Positions 8,224 through 17,354 of a DNA stretch of 64,000 bases are shown piece by piece. Position 1 is the first letter of the stretch, and every line of letters starts with the position of its first letter. The notes beneath the pieces were generated by a model that was given only the letters and a program-made list of their open reading frames with translations, searched no databases and was not told where the DNA came from. A program made the position numbers and the translations under genes. Origin of the DNA: Candidatus Omnitrophota bacterium. Lineage in GTDB: Bacteria; Omnitrophota; Gorgyraeia; Zapsychrales; Zapsychraceae. The DNA lies in assembly GCA_035292445.1 (NCBI GenBank), contig DATDQB010000002.1, positions 14,714 through 78,713 on the forward strand. The letters run 5' to 3'.

Positions 8224-9503
8224 ATTTAACCGTTTATCCCTCCAAAAAGCTGAAGGGAAGCGTTTCTCTTCCCGGTTCCAAATCTTATTCCATCCGTGCC
8301 TTTATCATAGCGGCCTGCGGCGGGCGCTCGCGTATCCTGTGCCCTTCCGACGGCGATGATGTGCTGGTTTCGATGCGGGTCGCGAAATCGTTAGGCGCTG
8401 ATGTTCGTCGAAGGAAAGCGGACACATTTATTGTTCAGGCCCGAAAGCATCCGATGCGCCTTAAAAAAATTCATGTCCAGGAATCGGGTACGCTGTTGCG
8501 TTTTATTTTGCCGTTGGCTTCTTTGTATGCCAAGCGTTCCATGATCACGGGCGAAGGGACGCTGCGCGGCCGGCCTAATAAATTTTTGACGCAAACGCTG
8601 CGGCATATGGGTGTCCATATTAGTGGAAAAGGAAAAGAAGAAAGCATTCCAATTAAAATAACGGGCGGATCTTTACGGGGTGGACGGGTTTCGATTGACG
8701 GCAGTTTGAGTTCTCAATTTATTTCAGCGCTTCTTATTACTTGCCCGCAGCTTAAAGAGGATTCGATCCTTATGATCAAAGGAAAAATGGTCTCGTTAGA
8801 TTATATCACGATGACCCTTTTAGTCTTGCGCCGTGCCGGGGTACGCATTGAAAGAAGGGGGACCCGTAGCTATATTATTAAAGGAAGGCAGAAGTTCCGC
8901 GGGCTTAAGACATTTGAGGTCCCCTCTGATCTTGGATTGGCCGCTTTTCCAATGGCGGCAGCAGCATTGCATTCCTCAGACATTGTTTTAAAAGGGCATT
9001 TTAAAAAGGACTTGATCCAGGCCGATGCCCAGATCTTGACGTTCTTAAGAAAGATGGGCGTTCGTTTTACGAAAACGGCTAATGCCATTGGGCTTAAAGG
9101 CCCCTTTGCTTTAAGGGGCGGGGTTTTTTCCCTTAAAGACTGTCCTGATTTGGTCCCGATCATGGCGGTCCTGGCCCTATTTGCCAAAGGGACAACGCGT
9201 TTGAGAGATGTCGCTCACGCCCGCTCCAAAGAATCGAACCGGATCAGTGATCTAAGAAGGGAGTTATTAAAGGTAGGGGCGGATGTGAGAGAAAAGAAGG
9301 ATGAGCTGATCATAAAGCCAAAGCCGGTTTACAGGCCTAACCGCCTGCTGGATCCGCACCAAGATCACCGTTTGGCCATGGCTTTTTGTGTTTTAGGGAC
9401 CAAACTCGGTGTGCGCATTAAAGATATAGAGTGTACCAGCAAATCCTATCCAGGCTTTGTCAAAGACCTGAAAAGCCTGGGTGCCTGCCTGTATAAATCT
9501 TAA
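8220..9503 (+). CDS. aroA: 3-phosphoshikimate 1-carboxyvinyltransferase (EPSP synthase)
   Basis: 427 aa; matches AroA signatures LPGSKSxSxRA, SSQFISALLI, RxKESNR, DHRLAMAF, CTSKSYPGF (versus E. coli AroA LPGSKSVSNRA / SSQFLTALLM / KETDR / DHRMAMCF / CTAKTFPDYF); not MurA. Confidence 0.8.
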   Translation: MNLTVYPSKKLKGSVSLPGSKSYSIRAFIIAACGGRSRILCPSDGDDVLVSMRVAKSLGADVRRRKADTFIVQARKHPMRLKKIHVQESGTLLRFILPLASLYAKRSMITGEGTLRGRPNKFLTQTLRHMGVHISGKGKEESIPIKITGGSLRGGRVSIDGSLSSQFISALLITCPQLKEDSILMIKGKMVSLDYITMTLLVLRRAGVRIERRGTRSYIIKGRQKFRGLKTFEVPSDLGLAAFPMAAAALHSSDIVLKGHFKKDLIQADAQILTFLRKMGVRFTKTANAIGLKGPFALRGGVFSLKDCPDLVPIMAVLALFAKGTTRLRDVAHARSKESNRISDLRRELLKVGADVREKKDELIIKPKPVYRPNRLLDPHQDHRLAMAFCVLGTKLGVRIKDIECTSKSYPGFVKDLKSLGACLYKS

Positions 9504-9542
9504 TATACTTATTATTATCCTCAAGGGGCCGTAAAAATTAAA

Positions 9543-9584
9543 TTGACACATTCGGGCCCCGCTTGGCGGGGCTCTCAGTGTCAA
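9543..9584 (+). repeat. intergenic hairpin repeat, module I (copy A)
   Basis: TTGACAC-aTTCGG-GCCCCGC-ttg-GCGGGGC-TCTCA-GTGTCAA; other copies at 65-106 and 26992-27035 keep the fold by compensatory changes. Confidence 0.7.
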
Positions 9585-9590
9585 CACTGA

Positions 9591-9657
9591 GTATACCTTA
9601 TTGTTTCAAATATTTATTTTTTGAGTTATAAATTAGGGGTATACGAATGTGTTGACA
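9591..9657 (+). repeat. intergenic repeat module II (GTATACC...GGGGTATACGAATGTGTTGACA), copy A
   Basis: inverted GTATACC/GGTATAC arms around a variable loop, ending in a TTGACA -35 box; homolog at 27041-27110. Confidence 0.6.
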
Positions 9658-9680
9658 GTCTTTGGCTTTTCAGATATTAT
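9652..9680 (+). promoter_or_regulatory. sigma70-like promoter TTGACA-N17-TATTAT for mreB, with the -35 box supplied by the intergenic repeat
   Basis: TTGACA 9652-9657, TATTAT 9675-9680. Confidence 0.55.
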
Positions 9681-9762
9681 GGAGCCTACATCTTCGGGGT
9701 TTTAAGCAACGCGCAGCCACAAATTGATATCTAACCGTGTTCTTATCTTAAAGGAACCATTC

Positions 9763-10836
9763 ATGTTACAGAAAGTCTTCAAACTCCTCAAAAAAGCCTT
9801 CAACTATATTCTCGGTTTATTTTCCAATGATATCGGCATCGATTTAGGGACGGCCACGACCCTCGTTTATGTCAAGGGCGAGGGGGTTGTTTTGTGTGAA
9901 CCTTCGGTCGTGGCGATAGAGAAGGATACCAACCGCGTGATCGCGGTCGGAGAGGAAGCTAAAAAGATGTTAGGCCGCACGCCGGGCAATATTGTGGCCA
10001 TTCGTCCCATGAAAGACGGGGTCATTTCAGATTTTGAAGTTACTGAGGCGATGCTCAAATATTTTATCAAGAAGGTCCATAAGAGAAAAACCTTGCTCAG
10101 CCCTTCCATGGTGATCGCAATCCCTTCCGGTATTACGGCCGTGGAAAAACGGGCGGTAAGGGATTCCGCCGAACGAGCGGGGGCACGCCATGTGGATTTG
10201 ATTGAAGAGCCCAAGGCGGCCGCTGTCGGCGTAGGTTTACCGGTTGAAGAAGCCGCTGGCAATATGATCATTGATGTGGGCGGCGGGACAACGGAGTTTG
10301 CGGTCATATCGTTGGGCGGGTTAGTATACTCCAAATCGATCCGTATCGCCGGCGATGAAATGGACATGGCTGTTGTCGAATATCTGCGAAAAACATACAA
10401 CCTGATGATCGGTGAACGCACCTCTGAAGAGATAAAGATCCGCATTGGTTCCGCTTATCCGCTGGAAGAAGAGCTCAACATGGACGTGCGCGGCCGCGAT
10501 CTGATTTCCGGCTTGCCCAAAACGATTTCCGTCACCTCCGTTGAGATACGCGAGGCGCTTCAGGATCCCGTGCAGGCCATCGTGGATGCCTCAAAATCCA
10601 CCTTGGAGCAGACCCCGCCGGAGTTGGCCGCGGATCTGATCGACCGGGGGATCGTCATGTGCGGCGGCGGCTCTTTGTTAAGAGGCCTTGATAAACGGAT
10701 CGCCGAGGAAACCGGGTTGCCTGTTCATATTGCTGATGATCCCTTAACGGCGGTCGTGTTGGGGACGGGCCAAATGCTCAATATGCCTGCCCGCCTGCGC
10801 CGGAGGATCATCGTTCCTTCGAAACTTGATTTTTAA
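9763..10836 (+). CDS. mreB: rod-shape determining actin homolog MreB
   Basis: 357 aa from ATG 9763 (ORF track begins upstream at 9724); [11 protein letters not shown] phosphate-1 motif; RBS AAAGGAAC; sigma70-like promoter 9652-9680. Confidence 0.9.
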   Translation: MLQKVFKLLKKAFNYILGLFSNDIGIDLGTATTLVYVKGEGVVLCEPSVVAIEKDTNRVIAVGEEAKKMLGRTPGNIVAIRPMKDGVISDFEVTEAMLKYFIKKVHKRKTLLSPSMVIAIPSGITAVEKRAVRDSAERAGARHVDLIEEPKAAAVGVGLPVEEAAGNMIIDVGGGTTEFAVISLGGLVYSKSIRIAGDEMDMAVVEYLRKTYNLMIGERTSEEIKIRIGSAYPLEEELNMDVRGRDLISGLPKTISVTSVEIREALQDPVQAIVDASKSTLEQTPPELAADLIDRGIVMCGGGSLLRGLDKRIAEETGLPVHIADDPLTAVVLGTGQMLNMPARLRRRIIVPSKLDF

Positions 10837-10837
10837 T

Positions 10838-10920
10838 GGTTCGACGCGCTTCGCTTGCTCACCACTAGTCGAACCACCCTGAGCGAGCGTCAGCGAGTCG
10901 AAGGGTCAGTGACAATTATC
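10838..10920 (+). repeat. intergenic repeat module III, copy 2 (between mreB and mreC)
   Basis: GGTTCGAC...GTCGAACC inverted repeat, then CCCTGAGCGAGCGTCAGCGAGTCGAAGGGTCAGTGAC. Confidence 0.5.
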
Positions 10921-10956
10921 TGATGCAAATCGAATTCCGTCTAGAACGTCTCCCCC

Positions 10957-11757
10957 GTGTTTAGAAACCGTCGAAAGAACATCGTTTATGTTTTAATCCT
11001 TCTCGTTCCTTTTCTTATCTTCGTCGGCCGCTCCAAAGCCCTTATCTCTTTAAAATTCCATTTTGTCAATGCCTTCGCCGGGCCCATTGCGATCCTTTCC
11101 CTTCCTTTGAAAGAAATCAAAAAAATGCTTTTTTATCACCGTATTTATGATGAGTATGTGCGCCTGCGTTCGGCAAATAATGTCCTGAAAGTGCGGCTGA
11201 TGGGCATGGAGGAGCTGATACACGAAAATGTGCGGCTGGAGAAGCTGCTTGATTTTAAAAGGCAATTGATCCACTCATCGGTGGCGGCGCGGGTCATCGG
11301 GCGCAACCCTTCCAATTGGAACGCGGTGATGATCATTGACAAGGGGGCGCAGGACGGCATCAAATTGGGTATGCCGGTCGTGAGCGATCTGGGGGTCGTG
11401 GGCAAGGTCACCGAGGTCAGCCCTGACTCATCGAAAGTCATTCTTCTTACAGATCCGCAGTTCAGCGTGGCGGCGCTGGTCCAGGGCCCGCGGGAAGGGG
11501 GTTTGGTGACAGGGACGCTGCAGGGGGTTTTAAGGATGCGTTATATCGATGAGGACGCGCGGATACAAATAGGAGATAAAGTGATTACCTCCAAATGGAG
11601 CACCTCATTCCCCGAGGGGCTTTTGATCGGGGAGATCATTCGTTTGGAGAATAATCCGCGTTCGCCGAACATCCAGTGCCTGATCCGGCCGGCGGTTTCG
11701 CTCTCGCAGGTAGAAGAGGTCCTGGTCATTTTAACGGAAAATGAAATCAAGGAATAA
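10957..11757 (+). CDS. mreC: rod-shape protein MreC
   Basis: 266 aa, GTG start, N-terminal TM helix, coiled coil then beta domains; directly follows mreB. Confidence 0.75.
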   Translation: MFRNRRKNIVYVLILLVPFLIFVGRSKALISLKFHFVNAFAGPIAILSLPLKEIKKMLFYHRIYDEYVRLRSANNVLKVRLMGMEELIHENVRLEKLLDFKRQLIHSSVAARVIGRNPSNWNAVMIIDKGAQDGIKLGMPVVSDLGVVGKVTEVSPDSSKVILLTDPQFSVAALVQGPREGGLVTGTLQGVLRMRYIDEDARIQIGDKVITSKWSTSFPEGLLIGEIIRLENNPRSPNIQCLIRPAVSLSQVEEVLVILTENEIKE

Positions 11758-11763
11758 TGTTCC

Positions 11764-12249
11764 ATGAAGCGCTTGATCGTTATCACCCTGTTGGTCTTCG
11801 TTTTTTTTCTTCTGGAATTCTTTATTTTTAATCTCATCGGCGGGTGGTTAACGCCGAGTCTGCTGATCCTCCTTATCATTTTCTTTAACCTTTATCTGGG
11901 GATCCGCTACGGTTTATACACGGCCATTCTGGCGGGCGTTCTCAAGGACAGCTTCAGCTCGACATTCTTTGGGTTGAATATCGTCACTTTTATCGTGTGC
12001 GCGTACTTGACGACTGTCCTGAGAAAGTACATTTATTACCGCGGCTCACGGTTGTCGCGGCTGCTCCTTGTGTTTCTCATTTGTTTGGTCGATTTTATCT
12101 GCCGTCTGGTCCTTCACGCCATATTAGGCTCTTTGGATGCGGCGGGGGCTTTTAAATTCGTCCTTTTCTCGGGGGTCGTGACCACACTCCTTGCAACCAC
12201 GTATACGTTCCAGCAGCTCAAACGATGCGTCTCAAAATTATTCGTTTAG
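11764..12249 (+). CDS. mreD: rod-shape protein MreD
   Basis: 161 aa polytopic membrane protein immediately after mreC. Confidence 0.65.
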   Translation: MKRLIVITLLVFVFFLLEFFIFNLIGGWLTPSLLILLIIFFNLYLGIRYGLYTAILAGVLKDSFSSTFFGLNIVTFIVCAYLTTVLRKYIYYRGSRLSRLLLVFLICLVDFICRLVLHAILGSLDAAGAFKFVLFSGVVTTLLATTYTFQQLKRCVSKLFV

Positions 12250-13937
12250 TCATCATCGCTTTATTCATTGTCCTTGTCCTCGAGCTTTTTTATGTCCAGG
12301 TCATCCGGGGGCAGCATTATTATAACCTGAGCTTGAACAACCGCATCCGCATTGTCCCGCTCGAAGGCTGGCGCGGGCGCATCAAGGACCGTCATGAGAA
12401 GGTATTGGCCGATAGCAGGATCTCTTACAATATCCTTGTCAGCCCGCAGGATATCGTCAATATCCAGGAGCTGTTCCAATTTCTAAGCCAGGTGCTGGGG
12501 GTGGACCAGCCGACACTTATCGATGCCTACCGCCGTAAAAAATTTACGCCGTTCGCGCCGGTTGCGGTGGCTGAAAACGTTGACCGGCAAAAGGCCATAA
12601 AAATCGAGGAAAATAAATTTCGTTTTCCTAGCCTTATGATCCAGGAAAGCTTCAAGCGGTTCTATCCTTTGGAGCGAAGCGGGGCGCACGTTATCGGTTA
12701 TGTCGGCAAGTTGTCGCAAGAGCGGATGAAATCGTTTAAGGAATACGGGTATTCGCCACCGAGCATGGTCGGTTATTCGGGGGTCGAAGAATATTACGAT
12801 GACGTCCTCAAGGGCGGCAGCGGCGGTATCCAAATTGAGGTCAATAACCGCGGCCAGCAGGTGAGGTTGCTGAGCATCAAGGAGCCTACCAAGGGAGAGG
12901 ACATTACCTTAACCATTGATGGAGAGATCCAACGGATCGCCCAGGAGCTGATCGAAGGGCGGGTGGGGACGATCGTTGTCATGGACATGGCCAATGGCGA
13001 GGTCCTGGGGCTTGTCAGCTCCCCGGCCTTTGACCCGAATTATTTTGTGGATCATAAATTCAGTGAGGAATTGAAAGCGATCCTGCGCCATCCGCTTTCG
13101 CCTTTACTGAATCGGGCGATCAAGGGGCAATATCCGCCGGGCTCGGTCTTTAAAGTGATCATGGCTTTGGGCGGGTTGGACAGCAAGAAGATCACGCAAT
13201 ATACGACGTTCAACTGTCCTGGATATTTCCAATATGGCGGTAAGACCTTCGGCGATACCTGCCGGTACGGCGAGCAGAATCTTATCGAAGCCATTGCTCA
13301 TTCGTGCAATGTTTATTTTTATCATGTAGGGTTGCTGATAGGGGCCGATTTGATCCATAAAAATGCCCGCCTGCTCACCTTGGGAGACCTGACGGGAATT
13401 GACCTGCCTTATGAAGAAAAGGGTTTTATCCCCCATCGTCGGGTTTATTTGGCGGCCAGAAAAAGTTGGTACGCAGGTAACACGATCAATATGTCCATCG
13501 GGCAAGGGGATATCCTGACAACGCCGCTTCAGTTGGTTAAGATGATGGCGACCGTCGCTAACGAAGGCAAGGAAGTCCAGCCTCATGTGATCAAAAGAAT
13601 CGGTGAGAGTACCGTCAGCAGATATGATTTTATACGTGAGGTGAAATTGGACAGCAAAATTTTTGATATCGTCAAGAAGGGGCTACGGGCCGCGGTCACA
13701 GACCAGAACGGGACGGCGCGCGATTTGAATATGAACGAAATCTTTGTGGCTGGAAAAACAGGGACCGCCCAAAGCGCCCCGAACAAAGATCATCATGCCT
13801 GGTTCGTCGGGTACGCCCAGGGGGAATCGAAAAATATCGCTTTTTGCGTCTTTCTGGAATACGGCGGTTCCAGCCATAACGCGACGGCCCTGGCCAAGCA
13901 GTTGCTTAAGCTGATGCATGAGGAAAGTTTGTTGTGA
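12225..13937 (+). CDS. mrdA: penicillin-binding protein 2 (elongasome transpeptidase)
   Basis: 570 aa; N-terminal TM, transpeptidase motifs SVFK (SxxK), SCN (SxN), KTGTA (KTG); overlaps mreD and rodA. Confidence 0.85.
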   Translation: MRLKIIRLVIIALFIVLVLELFYVQVIRGQHYYNLSLNNRIRIVPLEGWRGRIKDRHEKVLADSRISYNILVSPQDIVNIQELFQFLSQVLGVDQPTLIDAYRRKKFTPFAPVAVAENVDRQKAIKIEENKFRFPSLMIQESFKRFYPLERSGAHVIGYVGKLSQERMKSFKEYGYSPPSMVGYSGVEEYYDDVLKGGSGGIQIEVNNRGQQVRLLSIKEPTKGEDITLTIDGEIQRIAQELIEGRVGTIVVMDMANGEVLGLVSSPAFDPNYFVDHKFSEELKAILRHPLSPLLNRAIKGQYPPGSVFKVIMALGGLDSKKITQYTTFNCPGYFQYGGKTFGDTCRYGEQNLIEAIAHSCNVYFYHVGLLIGADLIHKNARLLTLGDLTGIDLPYEEKGFIPHRRVYLAARKSWYAGNTINMSIGQGDILTTPLQLVKMMATVANEGKEVQPHVIKRIGESTVSRYDFIREVKLDSKIFDIVKKGLRAAVTDQNGTARDLNMNEIFVAGKTGTAQSAPNKDHHAWFVGYAQGESKNIAFCVFLEYGGSSHNATALAKQLLKLMHEESLL

Positions 13938-15040
13938 AAAAGGATCTAGACCGTAAAATTTGGACTTATACCGTTTGTATTATTGCCGTGGGGCTGGTGG
14001 CCCTTTACAGCGCTTCCTATGAAAACGTCCGCGTGCCGCACAGCATTTTTTATGATCAACTGATTTTCTCTTTGTTTGGTTTGGGGATCATGTATTTCAT
14101 CGGCAAACTGGATTACCGTAAATTCTACGACGCGGCCTATATTTTTTATATCATTAATATTATCTTGCTTGTTCTGGTGCTGGTCAGTGGTCGGCATGCC
14201 TTGGGCGCCAGGCGCTGGCTTGAGATAGGTGGTTTAAGCTTTCAGCCGTCGGAATTTGCAAAATTAGCTGTCATTTTGATGCTGGGGCGTTATTTCAGCG
14301 ACAGGCATCCGACCCTTTCGTTCGATTTCATGACAAAGGCCCAGGCATTTTTTTTGAACCTCTTTATGCCCTTCACCATGACGGCCATCTTAATGTTTTT
14401 TATCTTCAAGCAGCCGGATCTGGGCACGGCGTTTCTTCTTTTCGGGATGTTTTTGGTCATGCTTTTTGCCAGCGGCATCGAGTACCGGTATTTTTTTGGT
14501 TTCCTGGCCTTTTGCCTTGCGTTGGTTCCCTTTGGCTGGCATGTCCTTGAGCCTTATCAAAAGGATCGGTTGCTTGTTTTCTTGAATCCCAACATTGACC
14601 CTTTGGGCGCGGGTTATACGATCATTCAATCGAAGATTGCCATCGGTTCGGGGCAGATTTTCGGCAAAGGTTGGTTGTCGGGCACACAAAACCAGCTGAA
14701 TTTTCTTCCTGAGCGCCATACGGATTTTATTTTTTCGGTTTTGGGAGAAGAGTGGGGGTTGTTGGGCACGGTATTGCTGGTGTATCTTTATTTTCGGTTG
14801 ATTCAAAATATCCTCAAGATTGCCGAGCAGGTGAAGGACCGCTTCGGCACGCTGGTTGTGGTTGGCATCGTTGCCATTTTGACGCTCCAGGTCATTATTA
14901 ATATTGGGATGGTGATCGGCCTTTTCCCTGTTGTCGGTTTGACACTTCCCTTTGTCAGTTACGGGCGTTCGTCGTTTCTGGTTTTCATTATCATGATGGG
15001 GTTTTTGCTTAATTTAAGCAAGCGGCGGACGATTTTTTAA
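13934..15040 (+). CDS. rodA: SEDS glycosyltransferase RodA
   Basis: 368 aa, GTG start overlapping mrdA stop; about 10 TM segments; FtsW/RodA family C-terminal signature (GLLPVVGLTLPFVSYGRSS). Confidence 0.85.
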   Translation: MKKDLDRKIWTYTVCIIAVGLVALYSASYENVRVPHSIFYDQLIFSLFGLGIMYFIGKLDYRKFYDAAYIFYIINIILLVLVLVSGRHALGARRWLEIGGLSFQPSEFAKLAVILMLGRYFSDRHPTLSFDFMTKAQAFFLNLFMPFTMTAILMFFIFKQPDLGTAFLLFGMFLVMLFASGIEYRYFFGFLAFCLALVPFGWHVLEPYQKDRLLVFLNPNIDPLGAGYTIIQSKIAIGSGQIFGKGWLSGTQNQLNFLPERHTDFIFSVLGEEWGLLGTVLLVYLYFRLIQNILKIAEQVKDRFGTLVVVGIVAILTLQVIINIGMVIGLFPVVGLTLPFVSYGRSSFLVFIIMMGFLLNLSKRRTIF

Positions 15041-15074
15041 AGAAATTTAGTATTATAACTAATATAATTACTAT

Positions 15075-15103
15075 TTGAGTCCTTCTGCTAGCTATAGTAA
15101 AAT
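15075..15103 (+). promoter_or_regulatory. possible promoter TTGAGT-N17-TAAAAT ahead of the pilus ATPase operon
   Basis: AT-rich 100-nt gap after rodA. Confidence 0.3.
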
Positions 15104-15142
15104 TATATCTATTATTAACTGGCTAAAAAGCGGTTCTCTATC

Positions 15143-15595
15143 ATGAAACAGTTTAAAAAGACGACTAACAAGCAGTTGGGCGAGCTTCTTATTGAGCGCG
15201 GTTTTATCAACCATGAGCAGCTTCATATCGCCATTGAACAGCAAAAGAAACACGGCGGCCTCTTGGGGGAAATCTTGGTAGATTTAAAATTCGCAACCGA
15301 GAAAGATATTGCCCAGGCCTTGACCGCCCAGTACGGATTTCCGTACCTGCCCTTATCCAATTATGAAATCGATCAAGAAGTCATTGAGTCCATCCCTGAA
15401 AATATCTGCCGGAAATTTTGTTTAATTCCCATCGACCGCATCGGCAAAAGTTTGACCCTGGCGATGGCCAACCCTTTGAATATTCAGGCCGCCGAAGACG
15501 TTGAGCTCATTACCGGCTGCAGCGTTCAGGTGTTTGTCAGCACCTCCACCGAAGTTAAACAGACGATCGACAAGTATTACAAAAAGTCTTCCTAA
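15143..15595 (+). CDS. standalone MshEN (c-di-GMP-binding) + T2SSE_N domain protein, no ATPase domain
   Basis: 150 aa; two tandem 24-residue MshEN-type motifs QLGELLIERGFINHEQLHIAIEQQ and LLGEILVDLKFATEKDIAQALTAQ (pattern [RK]LGxxLxxxGxIxxxQLxxALxxQ); then GspE-N1-like LIPIDRIGKSLTLAMANPLN...ITG...V....I..YY. Confidence 0.7.
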   Translation: MKQFKKTTNKQLGELLIERGFINHEQLHIAIEQQKKHGGLLGEILVDLKFATEKDIAQALTAQYGFPYLPLSNYEIDQEVIESIPENICRKFCLIPIDRIGKSLTLAMANPLNIQAAEDVELITGCSVQVFVSTSTEVKQTIDKYYKKSS

Positions 15596-17349
15596 TGGCG
15601 TCTTTAAAGGAACGAATAAAACAAATCCTCCTTCGCGACAAGCTCATTGAGCCGGCCCAGCTTAATAAAGCCCTGGAAGAGCAGAAGGAAAGCGGCGAAG
15701 AACTCAGTAAAATCCTTGTTAATTTGAAACTCATCGAAGAGGACACGTTAAGTCAAATCCTCAGCGAAAGTTTAGGCCTACCGCAGATTGATATTGCCCG
15801 CCTTCAGATCGACCCAAGCGTCGTTAAACTTATCCCTAAAGAATTGGCAGAGAAATATAAGCTTATCGCAGTTTCCTTGATGGGAGAAAACCTTTCTCTC
15901 GCCATGGCCGATCCACTGAACATTTTTGCCATTGATAATGTGAAGGCCTTGACGGGCTATACCATTAATCCCATTATCGGCAGGGCCAAAGATATTGCGA
16001 CGGCGATCCAGAAATATTATTACGAGGCTCAGGAGGAAGTCGAGGAAACATCCGCCAAATTCGATGAGATTATCAAAGATATTCAGTTGGAAGAGAAAAT
16101 GGAATTGGTCAAAGAGGTTGACGCGGATGTCGGAGGGCTTTCCATTGAGGAATTAACGCAAGAAGCGCCTATTATCCGTCTGTGTGACACGATCATTCAG
16201 CAGGCTGTCGTGGCCAAAGCCAGCGACATTTTTATTGAACCCATGGATAAAACGGTGCGCGTGCGCTACCGCATTGACGGCGTCATCCAGGAGATCGATC
16301 GTATGGCGAAGGTGATTCATCTGCCGTTGGTTTCGCGCATCAAAGTCATATCGACTTTGGACATATCCGAACACCGCCTGCCCCAGGACGGGCGGTTTAA
16401 AACGATCATTTCCGGGAATCGCGAAGTCGATTTCCGTGTCAACGTCCTTCCAACGGCGATGGGGGAAAAGGTTGTTTTGAGAGTTTTGGATAAAGACACC
16501 TCCGTTTTAAATATTGAGAGGCTGGGCTTTGATGCAGACTCGCTCAAGCGCTTGGAGGAATGTTATAAAAAGCCCCATGGAATGATCTTGGCTTGCGGGC
16601 CGACGGGATCGGGAAAGACAACGACGTTGTACTCCATTTTAAAATCGTTGGACTCACCAAAGAAGAATATCGTTACGGTGGAAGACCCCGTAGAATACCA
16701 AATGAAAGGGATTAATCAGGTCAATGTTAAAGCTGCTACGGGGCTGACCTTTGCCACCAGCTTGCGTTCTATTCTGCGCCAGGACCCGGATATTATCATG
16801 ATTGGGGAGGTCAGAGATTCCGAAACATTGGATATTGCCGTTAAAGCGGCTTTGACGGGGCATTTGGTCCTAAGCTCATTGCATACGACGACTGCTGCCG
16901 GTTCCATTGTCCGTATGGAAAACATGGGGATCGCTCCTTTTTTGATCTGTTCCAGCGTTTTGGTCATCATCGCCCAAAGGCTCATACGAAAGGTTTGTCC
17001 TCATTGCAAGGAGTCCTATTCTTTGTCCGCTATGGTGTCGGAGAAAGTCGGGTTAACGAGATTATATCCGAGCAAAGCCAAGTTTGAGTTGTTTCGCGGC
17101 GTGGGTTGCAAGAAATGTTTCAAGATGGGCTATGCGGGGCGGGTGGTGATCGCGGAGGTGTTGATTTTTTCTCCCAAACTTAAAGAGATCATCCTTAACC
17201 GGGCCGGAGAAATCAAACTTAAAGAAGCGGCCCGCCGGGAAGGGATGAAAACCATGCGGGAAGACGGGCTGATGAAGGCGGTGGAAGGCATCACCACTCT
17301 CGAAGAAGTCTTGCGCGTTACAGCACCGGATGAAGCGCTTAAGAAATAA
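15595..17349 (+). CDS. pilB: type IV pilus/T2SS assembly ATPase, PilB/GspE/MshE family (paralog 1)
   Basis: 584 aa; N-terminal T2SSE_N domain with degenerate MshEN motifs; Walker A GPTGSGKTTT; tetracysteine CPHC...CKKC; start overlaps upstream stop (TAATG). Confidence 0.85.
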   Translation: MASLKERIKQILLRDKLIEPAQLNKALEEQKESGEELSKILVNLKLIEEDTLSQILSESLGLPQIDIARLQIDPSVVKLIPKELAEKYKLIAVSLMGENLSLAMADPLNIFAIDNVKALTGYTINPIIGRAKDIATAIQKYYYEAQEEVEETSAKFDEIIKDIQLEEKMELVKEVDADVGGLSIEELTQEAPIIRLCDTIIQQAVVAKASDIFIEPMDKTVRVRYRIDGVIQEIDRMAKVIHLPLVSRIKVISTLDISEHRLPQDGRFKTIISGNREVDFRVNVLPTAMGEKVVLRVLDKDTSVLNIERLGFDADSLKRLEECYKKPHGMILACGPTGSGKTTTLYSILKSLDSPKKNIVTVEDPVEYQMKGINQVNVKAATGLTFATSLRSILRQDPDIIMIGEVRDSETLDIAVKAALTGHLVLSSLHTTTAAGSIVRMENMGIAPFLICSSVLVIIAQRLIRKVCPHCKESYSLSAMVSEKVGLTRLYPSKAKFELFRGVGCKKCFKMGYAGRVVIAEVLIFSPKLKEIILNRAGEIKLKEAARREGMKTMREDGLMKAVEGITTLEEVLRVTAPDEALKK

Positions 17350-17354
17350 TCGTT

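Noticed and set aside
8220-9503. Initial call of MurA (UDP-GlcNAc enolpyruvyl transferase)
   Set aside because: Motif-by-motif comparison fits AroA (LPGSKS, SSQF, KESNR, DHRLAM, CTSKSYP) rather than the MurA active-site context.
9541-9665. CRISPR array or IS-element interpretation of the intergenic repeats
   Set aside because: The copies are dispersed, not tandem with regular spacers. No transposase or cas gene is nearby. The terminal TTGACAC / GTTGACA are direct, not inverted, so a REP/BIME-like structured repeat is more consistent.
9867-10445. 192-aa minus-strand ORF inside mreB
   Set aside because: It is antisense to a highly conserved gene (MreB motifs intact on + strand) and has no independent signals.
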